This document shows positions 6,832 to 15,874 of a DNA stretch of 24,000 bases, piece by piece. Source of the DNA: Metabacillus sediminis (GTDB lineage: Bacteria > Bacillota > Bacilli > Bacillales > Bacillaceae); contig NZ_CP147407.1 of assembly GCF_037201815.1 (NCBI RefSeq), forward strand, positions 1,720,723-1,744,722, given 5' to 3'. Every line of letters begins with the position of its first letter. The stretch's first letter is position 1. The notes beneath the pieces are model-generated. The model worked only from the letters and a program-made list of their open reading frames with translations, ran no database searches and was not told where the DNA came from. The position numbers and the translations under genes were made by a program.

Positions 6832-6838
6832 AACCTAG

Positions 6839-6878
6839 AACTCAAACTGATTGGATGACAATAGTTTGGGTTTTTTTA
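6839..6878 (+). terminator. Rho-independent terminator after ylaN
   Basis: AACTCAAACT at 6839-6848 pairs with AGTTTGGGTT at 6863-6872 (one G-T wobble). The stem runs into T7 at 6871-6877. Confidence 0.65.
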
Positions 6879-7068
6879 GCTTTTAAAGGATTACTTTTGT
6901 ATCAGGTCCAATCCATGCTTTTCCTCTTGTTTTTGCTCCATTCGTTCGTTGTGCGATGTAGATTACCCTGATACGATAGACAGGGGAGAAACATTCTCTC
7001 CGCCGGTAAGTAAATCGAAAATACAAAATTTTTAGAAGAATTAATTGAAAAAGTAGGGAAGAGAGTTT

Positions 7069-8286
7069 ATGATTAAAAAAATCCTAAAATCATATGATTA
7101 TACTCTGATTTTTTCTGTTTTTCTGCTTTGTATGTTTGGTCTGGTCATGGTATACAGTTCCAGCATGATCTCAGCAGTCACCAGATTTAATTCGGATAGC
7201 GCTTATTTTTTTAACAAACAGCTTATTTTTGTCTGCATCGGCGGTCTCGCGTTTCTTGCAGCCGCTGTGATCCCGTATCGGATCTTACTGACTAAAAAAC
7301 TACTAAAAGGCATAATGTTTGTTTCAGTCGGGCTCCTTTTGATCCTATTTGTCTATGGGCATACAGCCGGTAATGCAAAGAGCTGGATAAAAATTGCGGG
7401 TTTCACCATGCAGCCTGCTGAGTTTGTGAAACTAAGTGTCATCATCTATCTTGCAGCGGTTTACGAGAAAAAACAGGCATACATAAACAACTTTAAAAAA
7501 GCGGTTATGCCTCCGCTCTTTTTTACAACATTTATATGCGGATTAATTGTGATTCAGCCCGACCTGGGGACGGCTATGATCATTGCTCTGATTATGATGA
7601 CCATGGTATTTTCATCAGGTATGAACTGGAAAAGCATCATTGGGCTAGTGCTTTTGGCCTTACTTTTTCTAGCCTTGATCAGCCCTATTATTCTCTTGAA
7701 TTCGGACAAGTTTATCACCGAAGAGCGTGTCTCCAGATTTGAAGGATTTACGGATCCGTTTGGAACGGAGAAGGACGCGGGTTATCACCTTGCCAATTCC
7801 CTTTATGCCATCGGTTCCGGCGGAATAACCGGTCTTGGCCTTGGAAACAGTGTACAAAAATACGGTTATCTTCCGGAGTCCCATACGGATTTTATCATGT
7901 CTATTGTGGCTGAAGAGCTGGGGATATTTGGAGTTCTCTTTGTGTTGAGTCTGCTCGGGGTGCTCATCTTTAAAGGGTTTTACGTGGCAAGAAAATGCGA
8001 GGATGCATTTGGAACGTTATTGGCTATAGGGATTTCAAGTATGATTGCCATTCAGGCTGGCATCAATCTTGGCGGGATGACGGGTTTAATTCCAATTACA
8101 GGAGTCACACTGCCTTTCATCAGCTATGGAGGCTCATCGATGCTTGTTCTGATGATTTCAGCCGGATTACTGGTAAATGTATCAATGTTCACAAACTATA
8201 GAGAAAAATACAAAACAGGCGCTGAAAAAGCAGTTAGTAAGAAAAAACAGCAAAACATTCAGAAGCCGATGCATAACAGAATGTGA
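7069..8286 (+). CDS. ftsW: SEDS-family peptidoglycan glycosyltransferase FtsW (FtsW/RodA/SpoVE family)
   Basis: The product is a 405-aa polytopic membrane protein. SEDS motifs are present (IQPDLGTAMI, ESHTDFI, LPFISYGGSS). It lies between ylaN and pycA. GGGAAGAGAG precedes ATG 7069. Confidence 0.9.
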   Translation: MIKKILKSYDYTLIFSVFLLCMFGLVMVYSSSMISAVTRFNSDSAYFFNKQLIFVCIGGLAFLAAAVIPYRILLTKKLLKGIMFVSVGLLLILFVYGHTAGNAKSWIKIAGFTMQPAEFVKLSVIIYLAAVYEKKQAYINNFKKAVMPPLFFTTFICGLIVIQPDLGTAMIIALIMMTMVFSSGMNWKSIIGLVLLALLFLALISPIILLNSDKFITEERVSRFEGFTDPFGTEKDAGYHLANSLYAIGSGGITGLGLGNSVQKYGYLPESHTDFIMSIVAEELGIFGVLFVLSLLGVLIFKGFYVARKCEDAFGTLLAIGISSMIAIQAGINLGGMTGLIPITGVTLPFISYGGSSMLVLMISAGLLVNVSMFTNYREKYKTGAEKAVSKKKQQNIQKPMHNRM

Positions 8287-8343
8287 TATACTATTTAATT
8301 ATGTGACATACTAATATTTTTGCCTTAGGAGGAGAAACATCTC

Positions 8344-11300
8344 ATGCAAACAATCCAAAAAGTGCTTGTAGCTAACAGGGGAGAAATTGCAATTCGTGTT
8401 TTCAGGGCTTGTACAGAGTTGAATATTAGAACCGTTGCCATTTATTCAAAAGAGGATGCAGGGGCTTATCATCGGTACAAGGCGGATGAAGCTTATCTCA
8501 TCGGAGAAGGGAAAAAACCAATCGATGCCTACCTGGACATTGATGGGATTATTGAAATTGCAAAAGCTAATGACGTAGATGCGATTCACCCCGGATACGG
8601 TTTTCTATCTGAAAACATTCATTTTGCAAGAAGATGCGAGCAGGAAGGCATTATTTTTGTAGGACCTGATTCAAAGCACTTAGATATGTTTGGAGATAAA
8701 GTTAAGGCAAGAAGCCAGGCTGAAGCGGCAGGCATACCTGTAATTCCTGGAAGCGACGGGCCGGTTGACCATGTAGAGGATGTTGTAAAATTCGGGGAAG
8801 AGCACGGGTATCCTTTCATTATTAAAGCCTCTCTAGGCGGTGGCGGACGCGGGATGAGGATTGTCCGTTCCAAAGCAAGCGTGAAGGAATCATTTGAACG
8901 CGCTAAGTCCGAAGCGAAGGCTGCTTTCGGAAATGATGAAGTCTATGTTGAAAAGCTGATTGAAAATCCTAAACATATTGAAGTCCAGATTATTGGTGAC
9001 CGGAATGGGAATATCGTCCATTTATATGAGCGCGACTGCTCTATCCAAAGACGTCATCAAAAAGTTGTTGAAGTTGCACCTAGTGTTTCCTTAAGCGAAG
9101 ATTTCAGGCTGTCCATTTGTGAGGCAGCAGTCAAACTTATGAAAAAAGTAGAATACGTGAACGCTGGCACTGTTGAATTTCTTGTTTCAGGCGGCGAATT
9201 TTATTTTATCGAGGTTAATCCCCGAGTCCAGGTTGAACATACCATCACAGAGATGATTACTGGGATCGATATCGTCCAAACCCAGCTTATGGTTGCTGAG
9301 GGCCTGGCTCTGAATAGCAGCGAGATTGGCATTCCATCACAAGAGGATATAAATACAAACGGCTACGCTATTCAATCCCGTGTAACTACAGAGGATCCAT
9401 TAAACAACTTTATGCCGGATACAGGAAAAATTATGGTATACCGTTCAGGCGGAGGTTTCGGCGTCCGGCTTGATGCGGGAAATGGATTTCAGGGAGCGGT
9501 CATTACGCCATACTATGATTCCCTTTTGGTAAAGGTTTCTACTTGGGCATTAACGTTTGAACAGGCTGCTTCAAAAATGGTCCGTAATTTGAAGGAATTC
9601 AGGATACGCGGAATTAAAACGAACATTCCGTTTCTGGAAAATGTAGTGAAGCATGAACAGTTTCTAAGCGGAGAATACAATACGACGTTTATTGACAGCT
9701 CTCCAGAATTGTTTATTTTCCCAAAAAGAAAAGACCGTGGAACAAAGATGCTGAGCTATATTGGAAATGTAACAGTTAACGGCTTTCCAGGTATCGGGAA
9801 GAAAAAGAAACCGGTTTTTGAAACTCCTCCGATTCCTAACATTTCCCGTCTGGAGCAATTTCCTTCCGGAACGAAAAATATTCTGGAAGAGCGCGGGGCA
9901 GACGGCCTTGTCAACTGGATTAAGGAACAGCCGCAAGTTCTTCTTACTGATACGACATTCCGTGATGCACATCAGTCCCTGCTGGCAACCCGTCTAAGAA
10001 CAATTGATATTAAGAAAATTGCAGAGCCGACTGCAAAGCTTGCTCCTGAGCTGTTTTCTCTTGAAATGTGGGGAGGAGCGACTTTTGATGTTGCCTACCG
10101 CTTTCTGAAAGAAGATCCTTGGGACCGTTTGCTGACAGTTAGGAAGCAGGTTCCGAATGTCCTGCTGCAAATGCTGCTGCGTGCTTCAAATGCAGTTGGC
10201 TACAAAAACTATCCGGATAACGTTATCAAAGAATTTGTTGAAAAATCATCAAATGCAGGAATCGATGTATTCAGAATATTTGACAGTTTGAACTGGGTAA
10301 AAGGGATGACGCTTGCCATTGATGCAGTTCGTGACAGCGGAAAGCTTGCAGAAGCGGCAATTTGCTATACAGGTGACATTCTGGATCCATCCCGCCGAAA
10401 GTATGATTTGACTTATTATAAGCATTTGGCGAAGGAGCTTGAAGAATCTGGAGCGCATATTCTTGCAATTAAAGATATGGCAGGTCTTTTAAAGCCTCAG
10501 GCTGCCTATGACTTGATCTCTGCTTTGAAGGAAACTGTAGATATTCCTATCCATTTGCATACACATGACACGAGCGGAAACGGTACATTCATGTATGCTA
10601 AGGCTGCAGAGGCAGGCGTTGACATTGTGGATGTAGCTGTCAGTTCAATGGCTGGATTGACTTCTCAGCCAAGCGCCAGCACATTTTATTACGCGCTGTC
10701 GGGCATGGAGCGCCAGCCTAAATTAAATGTAGAAGTTTTAGAGCAGCTGTCCCACTACTGGGAAGGTGCCCGCAAGTATTATCAGGACTTCGAAAGCGGC
10801 ATGATTGCCCCGCACACAGAGGTGTACCAGCATGAAATGCCGGGCGGACAGTACAGCAATCTTCAGCAGCAGGCAAAGGCAGTCGGCCTAGGAGACCGCT
10901 GGGGCGAAGTGAAAGAAATGTATCAGCGTGTAAATGCACTTTTCGGAGACATTGTAAAAGTTACCCCATCCTCCAAGGTAGTTGGAGATCTTGCTCTATT
11001 TATGGTCCAAAACAATTTAACAGAGGATGATATTTATGAACGCGGAGATACCCTTGACTTCCCTGATTCTGTCGTTGAATTGTTTGAAGGATATCTTGGA
11101 CAGCCTCACGGCGGATTCCCGAAAGAATTGCAGCGTATTATCCTGAAAGGCAAAGAGCCGATTACAGTGCGTCCAGGGGAGCTTCTCAAACCGGTGGACT
11201 TTGATAAGAGCAAGGAAGAGCTGTTCCAGATATTGAATAGGCCTGTAACAAGCTTTGAAGCAATTGCCCATGCCCTTTATCCGAAAGTGTTCCTGGATTA

Positions 11301-11781
11301 TGCAAAAACGTTCGAACAATTCGGGGATGTATCTGTTTTGGACACACCGACCTTCCTTTATGGAATGAGGCTTGGTGAAGAGGTTGAAGTGGTAATTGAA
11401 CAAGGGAAGACCTTGATCGTTAAGCTTGTCTCCATCGGTGAGCCTCATGCAGATGGGACAAGAGTGGTTTATTTCGAACTGAATGGCCAGCCGCGTGAAG
11501 TCGTAATTAAGGATGAGAGCATTAAATCTGCGGTTGCCGCAAAGGCAAAAGCAGACCATGCCAATCCGGAGCATATCGGTGCTTCAATGCCGGGGACAGT
11601 TATTAAAGTTCTTGTTGAAAACGGAGAAAAAGTCAATAAAGGCGACCATTTAATGATCACGGAAGCGATGAAGATGGAAACGACTGTACAGGCGCCTTAT
11701 ACCGGTGTTGTAAAGGGGATCCACGTAAGCAACGGTGAAGCGATTCAAACAGGTGATTTATTAATAGAGCTATCCAATTAA
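8344..11781 (+). CDS. pycA: Pyruvate carboxylase (biotin carboxylase + carboxyltransferase + BCCP domains)
   Basis: The product is 1145 aa. It has an N-terminal biotin carboxylase ATP-grasp domain (KVLVANRGEIAIRVFRA, GGGGRGMR) and a central HMGL-like carboxyltransferase (DTTFRDAHQSL, HxH at HLHTHDTSG). The C-terminal biotinylation motif EAMKME places the lysine codon at 11671-11673. GGAGGAG RBS lies at 8329-8335. Confidence 0.97.
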   Translation: MQTIQKVLVANRGEIAIRVFRACTELNIRTVAIYSKEDAGAYHRYKADEAYLIGEGKKPIDAYLDIDGIIEIAKANDVDAIHPGYGFLSENIHFARRCEQEGIIFVGPDSKHLDMFGDKVKARSQAEAAGIPVIPGSDGPVDHVEDVVKFGEEHGYPFIIKASLGGGGRGMRIVRSKASVKESFERAKSEAKAAFGNDEVYVEKLIENPKHIEVQIIGDRNGNIVHLYERDCSIQRRHQKVVEVAPSVSLSEDFRLSICEAAVKLMKKVEYVNAGTVEFLVSGGEFYFIEVNPRVQVEHTITEMITGIDIVQTQLMVAEGLALNSSEIGIPSQEDINTNGYAIQSRVTTEDPLNNFMPDTGKIMVYRSGGGFGVRLDAGNGFQGAVITPYYDSLLVKVSTWALTFEQAASKMVRNLKEFRIRGIKTNIPFLENVVKHEQFLSGEYNTTFIDSSPELFIFPKRKDRGTKMLSYIGNVTVNGFPGIGKKKKPVFETPPIPNISRLEQFPSGTKNILEERGADGLVNWIKEQPQVLLTDTTFRDAHQSLLATRLRTIDIKKIAEPTAKLAPELFSLEMWGGATFDVAYRFLKEDPWDRLLTVRKQVPNVLLQMLLRASNAVGYKNYPDNVIKEFVEKSSNAGIDVFRIFDSLNWVKGMTLAIDAVRDSGKLAEAAICYTGDILDPSRRKYDLTYYKHLAKELEESGAHILAIKDMAGLLKPQAAYDLISALKETVDIPIHLHTHDTSGNGTFMYAKAAEAGVDIVDVAVSSMAGLTSQPSASTFYYALSGMERQPKLNVEVLEQLSHYWEGARKYYQDFESGMIAPHTEVYQHEMPGGQYSNLQQQAKAVGLGDRWGEVKEMYQRVNALFGDIVKVTPSSKVVGDLALFMVQNNLTEDDIYERGDTLDFPDSVVELFEGYLGQPHGGFPKELQRIILKGKEPITVRPGELLKPVDFDKSKEELFQILNRPVTSFEAIAHALYPKVFLDYAKTFEQFGDVSVLDTPTFLYGMRLGEEVEVVIEQGKTLIVKLVSIGEPHADGTRVVYFELNGQPREVVIKDESIKSAVAAKAKADHANPEHIGASMPGTVIKVLVENGEKVNKGDHLMITEAMKMETTVQAPYTGVVKGIHVSNGEAIQTGDLLIELSN

Positions 11782-11785
11782 TTTG

Positions 11786-11812
11786 AAAAGCAGCCAATTT
11801 GGCTGCTTTTTC
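11786..11812 (+). terminator. Rho-independent terminator after pycA
   Basis: GCAGCC at 11790-11795 pairs with GGCTGC at 11801-11806, followed by TTTTT. Confidence 0.8.
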
Positions 11813-11904
11813 TATGTCAGCACATCCGTTCTGTACGCAATCCCTATTGCTCCGTTACAATCGTCTCCAAAAGGGAATGGATAGAGGGAGAGGAGGCTTT
11901 AAGG

Positions 11905-13332
11905 ATGGGAAGTGTGCTTGTATGGTTCCGGAGAGACTTTCGCTTGCAGGATCACCTTGCGCTTTCAGAAGCGCTGACTTATTGCAAGAAAAATAAAAGT
12001 GAGCTTGTATTTGTGTTCCAGCTGAACCGCCGGTTTTTTCAGGAATCGGAAAATAGCCTCAGGCTCCAGTATTTTATGGCTACAGTCAAGGATTTTGGTG
12101 AAAGATGCCGCAAGCTAGGAACGGAGCTGCTGATTGTAGAGGGGGACACAGATGAGGCGTTTCAGCAGGTGCTGAAAGAGCATGCTGATGCTGAGGCCGT
12201 ATTCTTTAATCTGGATGAAGCGGGATATGGGAAAGAAAGAGATCAGAAGATGAGAGATTGGTTTAAAGATAGAGAGATTAGTGTTCATTCATTTCAGGAT
12301 GCATACATACATGGTCCAAACGAAGTATTGAAAAAGGATGGCTCCATTTATAAAGTGTTTGCGCCCTATTACAAGGCTTGGAAGCAAAAGGACAAGCCCG
12401 GTGTGAAAAAGCTCTCCTTCGATGAACTTGGTAAATACGTCCGTAAAACCAAACAGATTTCAAAAAGGGCAGCATCAGAAATTGAAAAGCTTTCAGGCGG
12501 TTCAGAAAGCATGGATTGGAAGATTGGAGAAAAAGCTGCCCGATCCCAGCTGAAACATTTTATCGAGCAGGCGCTTGCGAATTACCCTGATGGTCGGAAT
12601 ATTCCATCTGTAAAGGGCACAAGCCTTATGTCCAGGTATTTAAAGACAGGTACAATTTCACCAAGAACGGTTTTCACGGCCATCGCTCAAGCAGATGGGG
12701 AGGAGGACAGTAAAGAAGCATATATTAGAGAGCTGGCATTCAGGGACTTTTACCAAATGATTTACGCCCGCCATCCCGAAACGAAGAATCAGGAGTTTCT
12801 GGAAGCATACAGATCTATCCAATGGAATCAGGATGACCGGATGCTGCAAGCCTGGAAAGAGGGCAATACAGGGTACCCGATTGTGGATGCAGGGATGAGA
12901 CAGCTCAATCAGGAGGGCTGGATGCATAATCGGCTGCGGATGATTACTGCGTCCTTTTTGACGAAGGATTTAATGATTGACTGGCGTCTTGGAGAAGAAT
13001 ACTTTGCTGCCAAGCTCGTGGATTATGATCCCGGATCGAACATTGGCGGCTGGCAATGGGCGGCTTCTGTTGGAACGGATGCTGTTCCATATTTCAGAGT
13101 ATTCAACCCTGTTACCCAGTCTAAGAGGTTTGATAGTGATGGGGAATACATACGCAAATATGTGAGTGAACTCAGAGAGGTTCCGTCATCATATATACAT
13201 GAGCCATGGAAAATGTCTGAGGAAGAACAAAGTAAGAGTTCATGCATGATAGGAAAAGATTACCCTGCTCCGGCCGTTGATCATCAGGAGCAGAGGAAAA
13301 AAGTAATTAATCTATTTAAAAATGAAAAATAA
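11905..13332 (+). CDS. phr: Deoxyribodipyrimidine photolyase (class I CPD photolyase / cryptochrome family)
   Basis: AGGAGG at 11891-11896 sits 8 nt before ATG 11905. The N-terminal signature is VLVWFRRDFRLQDHLAL. FAD-binding region motifs are present (TSLMSRYLKTGTISPR, WMHNRLRMITASFLTKDL, DYDPGSNIGGWQWAAS, PYFRVFNP). Confidence 0.9.
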   Translation: MGSVLVWFRRDFRLQDHLALSEALTYCKKNKSELVFVFQLNRRFFQESENSLRLQYFMATVKDFGERCRKLGTELLIVEGDTDEAFQQVLKEHADAEAVFFNLDEAGYGKERDQKMRDWFKDREISVHSFQDAYIHGPNEVLKKDGSIYKVFAPYYKAWKQKDKPGVKKLSFDELGKYVRKTKQISKRAASEIEKLSGGSESMDWKIGEKAARSQLKHFIEQALANYPDGRNIPSVKGTSLMSRYLKTGTISPRTVFTAIAQADGEEDSKEAYIRELAFRDFYQMIYARHPETKNQEFLEAYRSIQWNQDDRMLQAWKEGNTGYPIVDAGMRQLNQEGWMHNRLRMITASFLTKDLMIDWRLGEEYFAAKLVDYDPGSNIGGWQWAASVGTDAVPYFRVFNPVTQSKRFDSDGEYIRKYVSELREVPSSYIHEPWKMSEEEQSKSSCMIGKDYPAPAVDHQEQRKKVINLFKNEK

Positions 13333-13334
13333 GA

Positions 13335-13357
13335 GGGATGCCTTTTCGGGGCATCCC
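13335..13357. terminator. Hairpin terminator between convergent phr and ctaA
   Basis: GGGATGCC at 13335-13342 pairs with GGCATCCC at 13350-13357. The better T-run is on the minus strand (TCTTATTTTTC), so it mainly serves ctaA. Confidence 0.6.
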
Positions 13358-13362
13358 ATTGC

Positions 13363-14295
13363 TTATTGTTTTTTCATGTTTGCATTGCTTCTTGATACAA
13401 GCAGGAGGAAGTAGCTTAATACCCCGAACAAACATGATATGAAAACAGCATGTGCCAAAGCAATGGCAAGATTTAGCTGAGTCAGGACGATAAGAGCACC
13501 TGAAGTGGCCTGGAGGGATACGAGAATGAAGCAAATAATCCATCCCCAGTATACAACCTTTTGATGCTTGTAATGCTTGATTGCCTGCCAGGCTGCATAG
13601 GCAATCCAAACAAATATCAGTCCCGCAGCAAACCTATGGCCCATCTGCACCCATTCCTGGAATCGCATAGGCATAGCGGAACCATCATTGCATAGAGGCC
13701 AGCTGGAACAGGAAAGGCTTGCCCCCCTATGGCGGACATAGGCCCCTGTATAGACGACAATATAACTGTAAATAAGTACGCCAATCATATGAAATTTCAT
13801 TTTCCTGTCGATGATTAGACGATTGGCGTCAAACTTTCTGTCAACCTCAAAAATGAGGAGTGCGAGAATCAAAACGGATGCAAAAGAAATAAGCGACACC
13901 CCGAAGTGAATGGCTTTCATTGCACTGGATTGCCCCCATACGACCGCTCCTGCACCAAGCAGTGCCTGAAGCAAAAGAAAAACGACAGACAGGACAGCTA
14001 AAAACTTTGTCTCCCTTATATGTCCAATGAGCCTCCAGGAAGCAATGGCAAGGGCCAAAACAAGAATACCCGCAGTTGCACTTGCTGCTCTGTGACTTAA
14101 CTCTATTAACAGCTGAGGGGTGATGTCACTGGGAAGAAGAACGAATTTCCCATGGCATAGGGGCCAGGACCGCCCGCAGCCCATTCCTGAACCGGTTTTT
14201 GTAACTAATGCACCGCCAAGCAGCACAACTAGCATAACTAGTGTCGTGACGACAGCCAGCCATTTCAACGCGATAACACGCTTCAAATGATTCAC
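13363..14295 (-). CDS. ctaA: Heme A synthase (CtaA / COX15 family)
   Basis: The product is a 310-aa polytopic membrane protein. Paired-cysteine motifs [15 protein letters not shown] and SCSSWPLCN and conserved His residues are present. The gene is divergent from ctaB, as in B. subtilis. The start is GTG 14295; a TTG at 14286 is an alternative. Confidence 0.9.
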   Translation of the reverse strand: MNHLKRVIALKWLAVVTTLVMLVVLLGGALVTKTGSGMGCGRSWPLCHGKFVLLPSDITPQLLIELSHRAASATAGILVLALAIASWRLIGHIRETKFLAVLSVVFLLLQALLGAGAVVWGQSSAMKAIHFGVSLISFASVLILALLIFEVDRKFDANRLIIDRKMKFHMIGVLIYSYIVVYTGAYVRHRGASLSCSSWPLCNDGSAMPMRFQEWVQMGHRFAAGLIFVWIAYAAWQAIKHYKHQKVVYWGWIICFILVSLQATSGALIVLTQLNLAIALAHAVFISCLFGVLSYFLLLVSRSNANMKKQ

Positions 14296-14573
14296 CTTCT
14301 TATTCTTCTAGTCAATTCAATTATGGACCTAATAGTATTTTGACATAACACGCTTTTGATTGTAAGAAAAAGAGGCGGAAAATACAACCAGAGTGGAACA
14401 TTGTTCACAAAACGCTTAAAAACAGCGGTCATTTTACCTATTACTTGAAAAAAGGTTGATAAATGGAAAAGAGTTTGCTAGAAATAATAAAGAAGGTTTT
14501 TTTTGAAAAGAAATGCCCAACTTTATTCCTCCGCATTTTATGGTAAAATAAAATGGCTTGGATCCTGTTCAAA

Positions 14574-14613
14574 TTCACACAAATTTTCACGGTAATGACA
14601 CAAAATGTTCACA
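14574..14613. promoter_or_regulatory. Four phased TTCACA-like hexamers (candidate OmpR-family, ResD/PhoP-type, binding array) in the ctaA-ctaB divergent region
   Basis: The hexamers are TTCACA (14574), TTCACG (14586), TGACAC (14596) and TTCACA (14608). Spacings are 12, 10 and 12 bp. A further TTCACAA lies at 14404-14410. Confidence 0.35.
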
Positions 14614-14778
14614 AATTAGCCATAAATATTTGTCGAATTCTTGTTTAAATCATTTAGAGCATTTTGTTCCAGTTACACTTCCTGTATCATTATGAGTAGA
14701 TTCAGGCTTGTATTGTTTGTGTTGAAACAGGTTTGAGGTGCTTTTCATAAAGGCACCATAAGCAAAGGAGGATGTATT

Positions 14779-15708
14779 ATGCCGAATTCGAGGACAGCTG
14801 GCGAGACAGCGATGAGCGAACAAGGTCCTCATGAGATCACTAAGGCTTCCGCCTGGAAGGACTTCCTGGCTCTCATAAAAATAGGAATTGTTAATTCCAA
14901 TATGATCACAGCCTTTGCCGGGCTATGGCTCGCTTTTTATTTCAGCGGACAAAGCTTTTTGGCTTCGCTTGATACTGTGGTGTTTGCGCTCGTAGGATCT
15001 GCGCTTGTCATGGCAGGTTCATGTGCAGTAAATAACTATTATGACAGGGATATTGATCCGATCATGGAAAGGACGAAAAACCGTCCGACTGTTACCGGTA
15101 AATATGAACCAAACCAAGCGCTTTGGATTGGGATTTTTCTAATTGTACTTGGAATGGCTGCCCTGCTCATGACAACGATGATGGCAGCATTTATCGGAGC
15201 AATTGGAGTATTCTCGTATGTATTTCTCTATACAATGTGGTCGAAAAGACGCTACACAATCAACACTGTAATTGGAAGCATACCAGGCGCGGTTCCGCCG
15301 CTGATTGGATGGACGGCAGTTGATCCGCATATTACAGTTCAGGCTATGGTCCTGTTCATGATTATGTTTATCTGGCAGCCGCCGCATTTTCTGGCTCTTG
15401 CTATGAAAAGAGTGGAAGAATACCGGGCAGCTAATATACCAATGCTTCCAGTAGTACGCGGATTTGCTATGACGAAAAGACAGATGATGGTCTGGGTAGC
15501 TTGTCTTCTCCCGCTGCCATTCTATCTTTATGATCTTGGCATTGGATTTCTGATTTTGGCTACCGTGCTGAATGTAGGCTGGATTGCTTTAGCACTATCA
15601 GGCTTCAAAATAAAAGATGACCTCGTTTGGGCTAAATGGATGTTTATTTACTCACTCAACTATTTAACGATCCTCTTCGTATCTATGATCCTCTTCACGA
15701 TCGTTTAA
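14779..15708 (+). CDS. ctaB: Protoheme IX farnesyltransferase (heme O synthase)
   Basis: AAAGGAGG at 14764-14771 sits 7 nt before ATG 14779. UbiA-family motifs are present ([37 protein letters not shown]). The gene is adjacent to ctaA and ctaC. Confidence 0.93.
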   Translation: MPNSRTAGETAMSEQGPHEITKASAWKDFLALIKIGIVNSNMITAFAGLWLAFYFSGQSFLASLDTVVFALVGSALVMAGSCAVNNYYDRDIDPIMERTKNRPTVTGKYEPNQALWIGIFLIVLGMAALLMTTMMAAFIGAIGVFSYVFLYTMWSKRRYTINTVIGSIPGAVPPLIGWTAVDPHITVQAMVLFMIMFIWQPPHFLALAMKRVEEYRAANIPMLPVVRGFAMTKRQMMVWVACLLPLPFYLYDLGIGFLILATVLNVGWIALALSGFKIKDDLVWAKWMFIYSLNYLTILFVSMILFTIV

Positions 15709-15718
15709 TAAATGAATA

Positions 15719-15743
15719 GGCGTGGCGGTATGTATCCGCCACG
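15719..15743 (+). terminator. Strong GC hairpin after ctaB without a U-tract (partial terminator or processing site)
   Basis: GCGTGGCGG at 15719-15727 pairs with CCGCCACGC at 15735-15743 around a 7-nt loop. ATTATTC follows rather than a T-run. Confidence 0.45.
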
Positions 15744-15874
15744 CATTATTCATACCTATCCCTGTAAAAAATTCTTTTATTTAAAAGGATTTTCCATAAA
15801 TAAATTTTTTGCAATATTCAAAAGGTTTAAAACGTCACACAACCAAATTACTGGAAGAGGGGTTTGATTTGGCT

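Noticed and set aside
9664-11660. Antisense ORFs within pycA (for example 11017..11574 -, 185 aa; 9664..9972 -, 102 aa)
   Set aside because: They lie entirely inside a confidently identified 1145-aa gene on the opposite strand, with no RBS. These are typical shadow ORFs.
11799-11996. 65-aa ORF spanning the pycA terminator tail and the phr start
   Set aside because: It starts inside the terminator region, is out of frame with and overlaps phr, which has a strong RBS, and has no SD sequence.
13316-13609. 97-aa minus-strand ORF overlapping the 3' end of ctaA
   Set aside because: It is an alternative frame of ctaA that runs through the terminator hairpin. CtaA identity is secure, so this is a shadow ORF.
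14650-14832. 60-aa minus-strand ORF across the ctaB start
   Set aside because: It overlaps the ctaB RBS and start in antisense and has no RBS.
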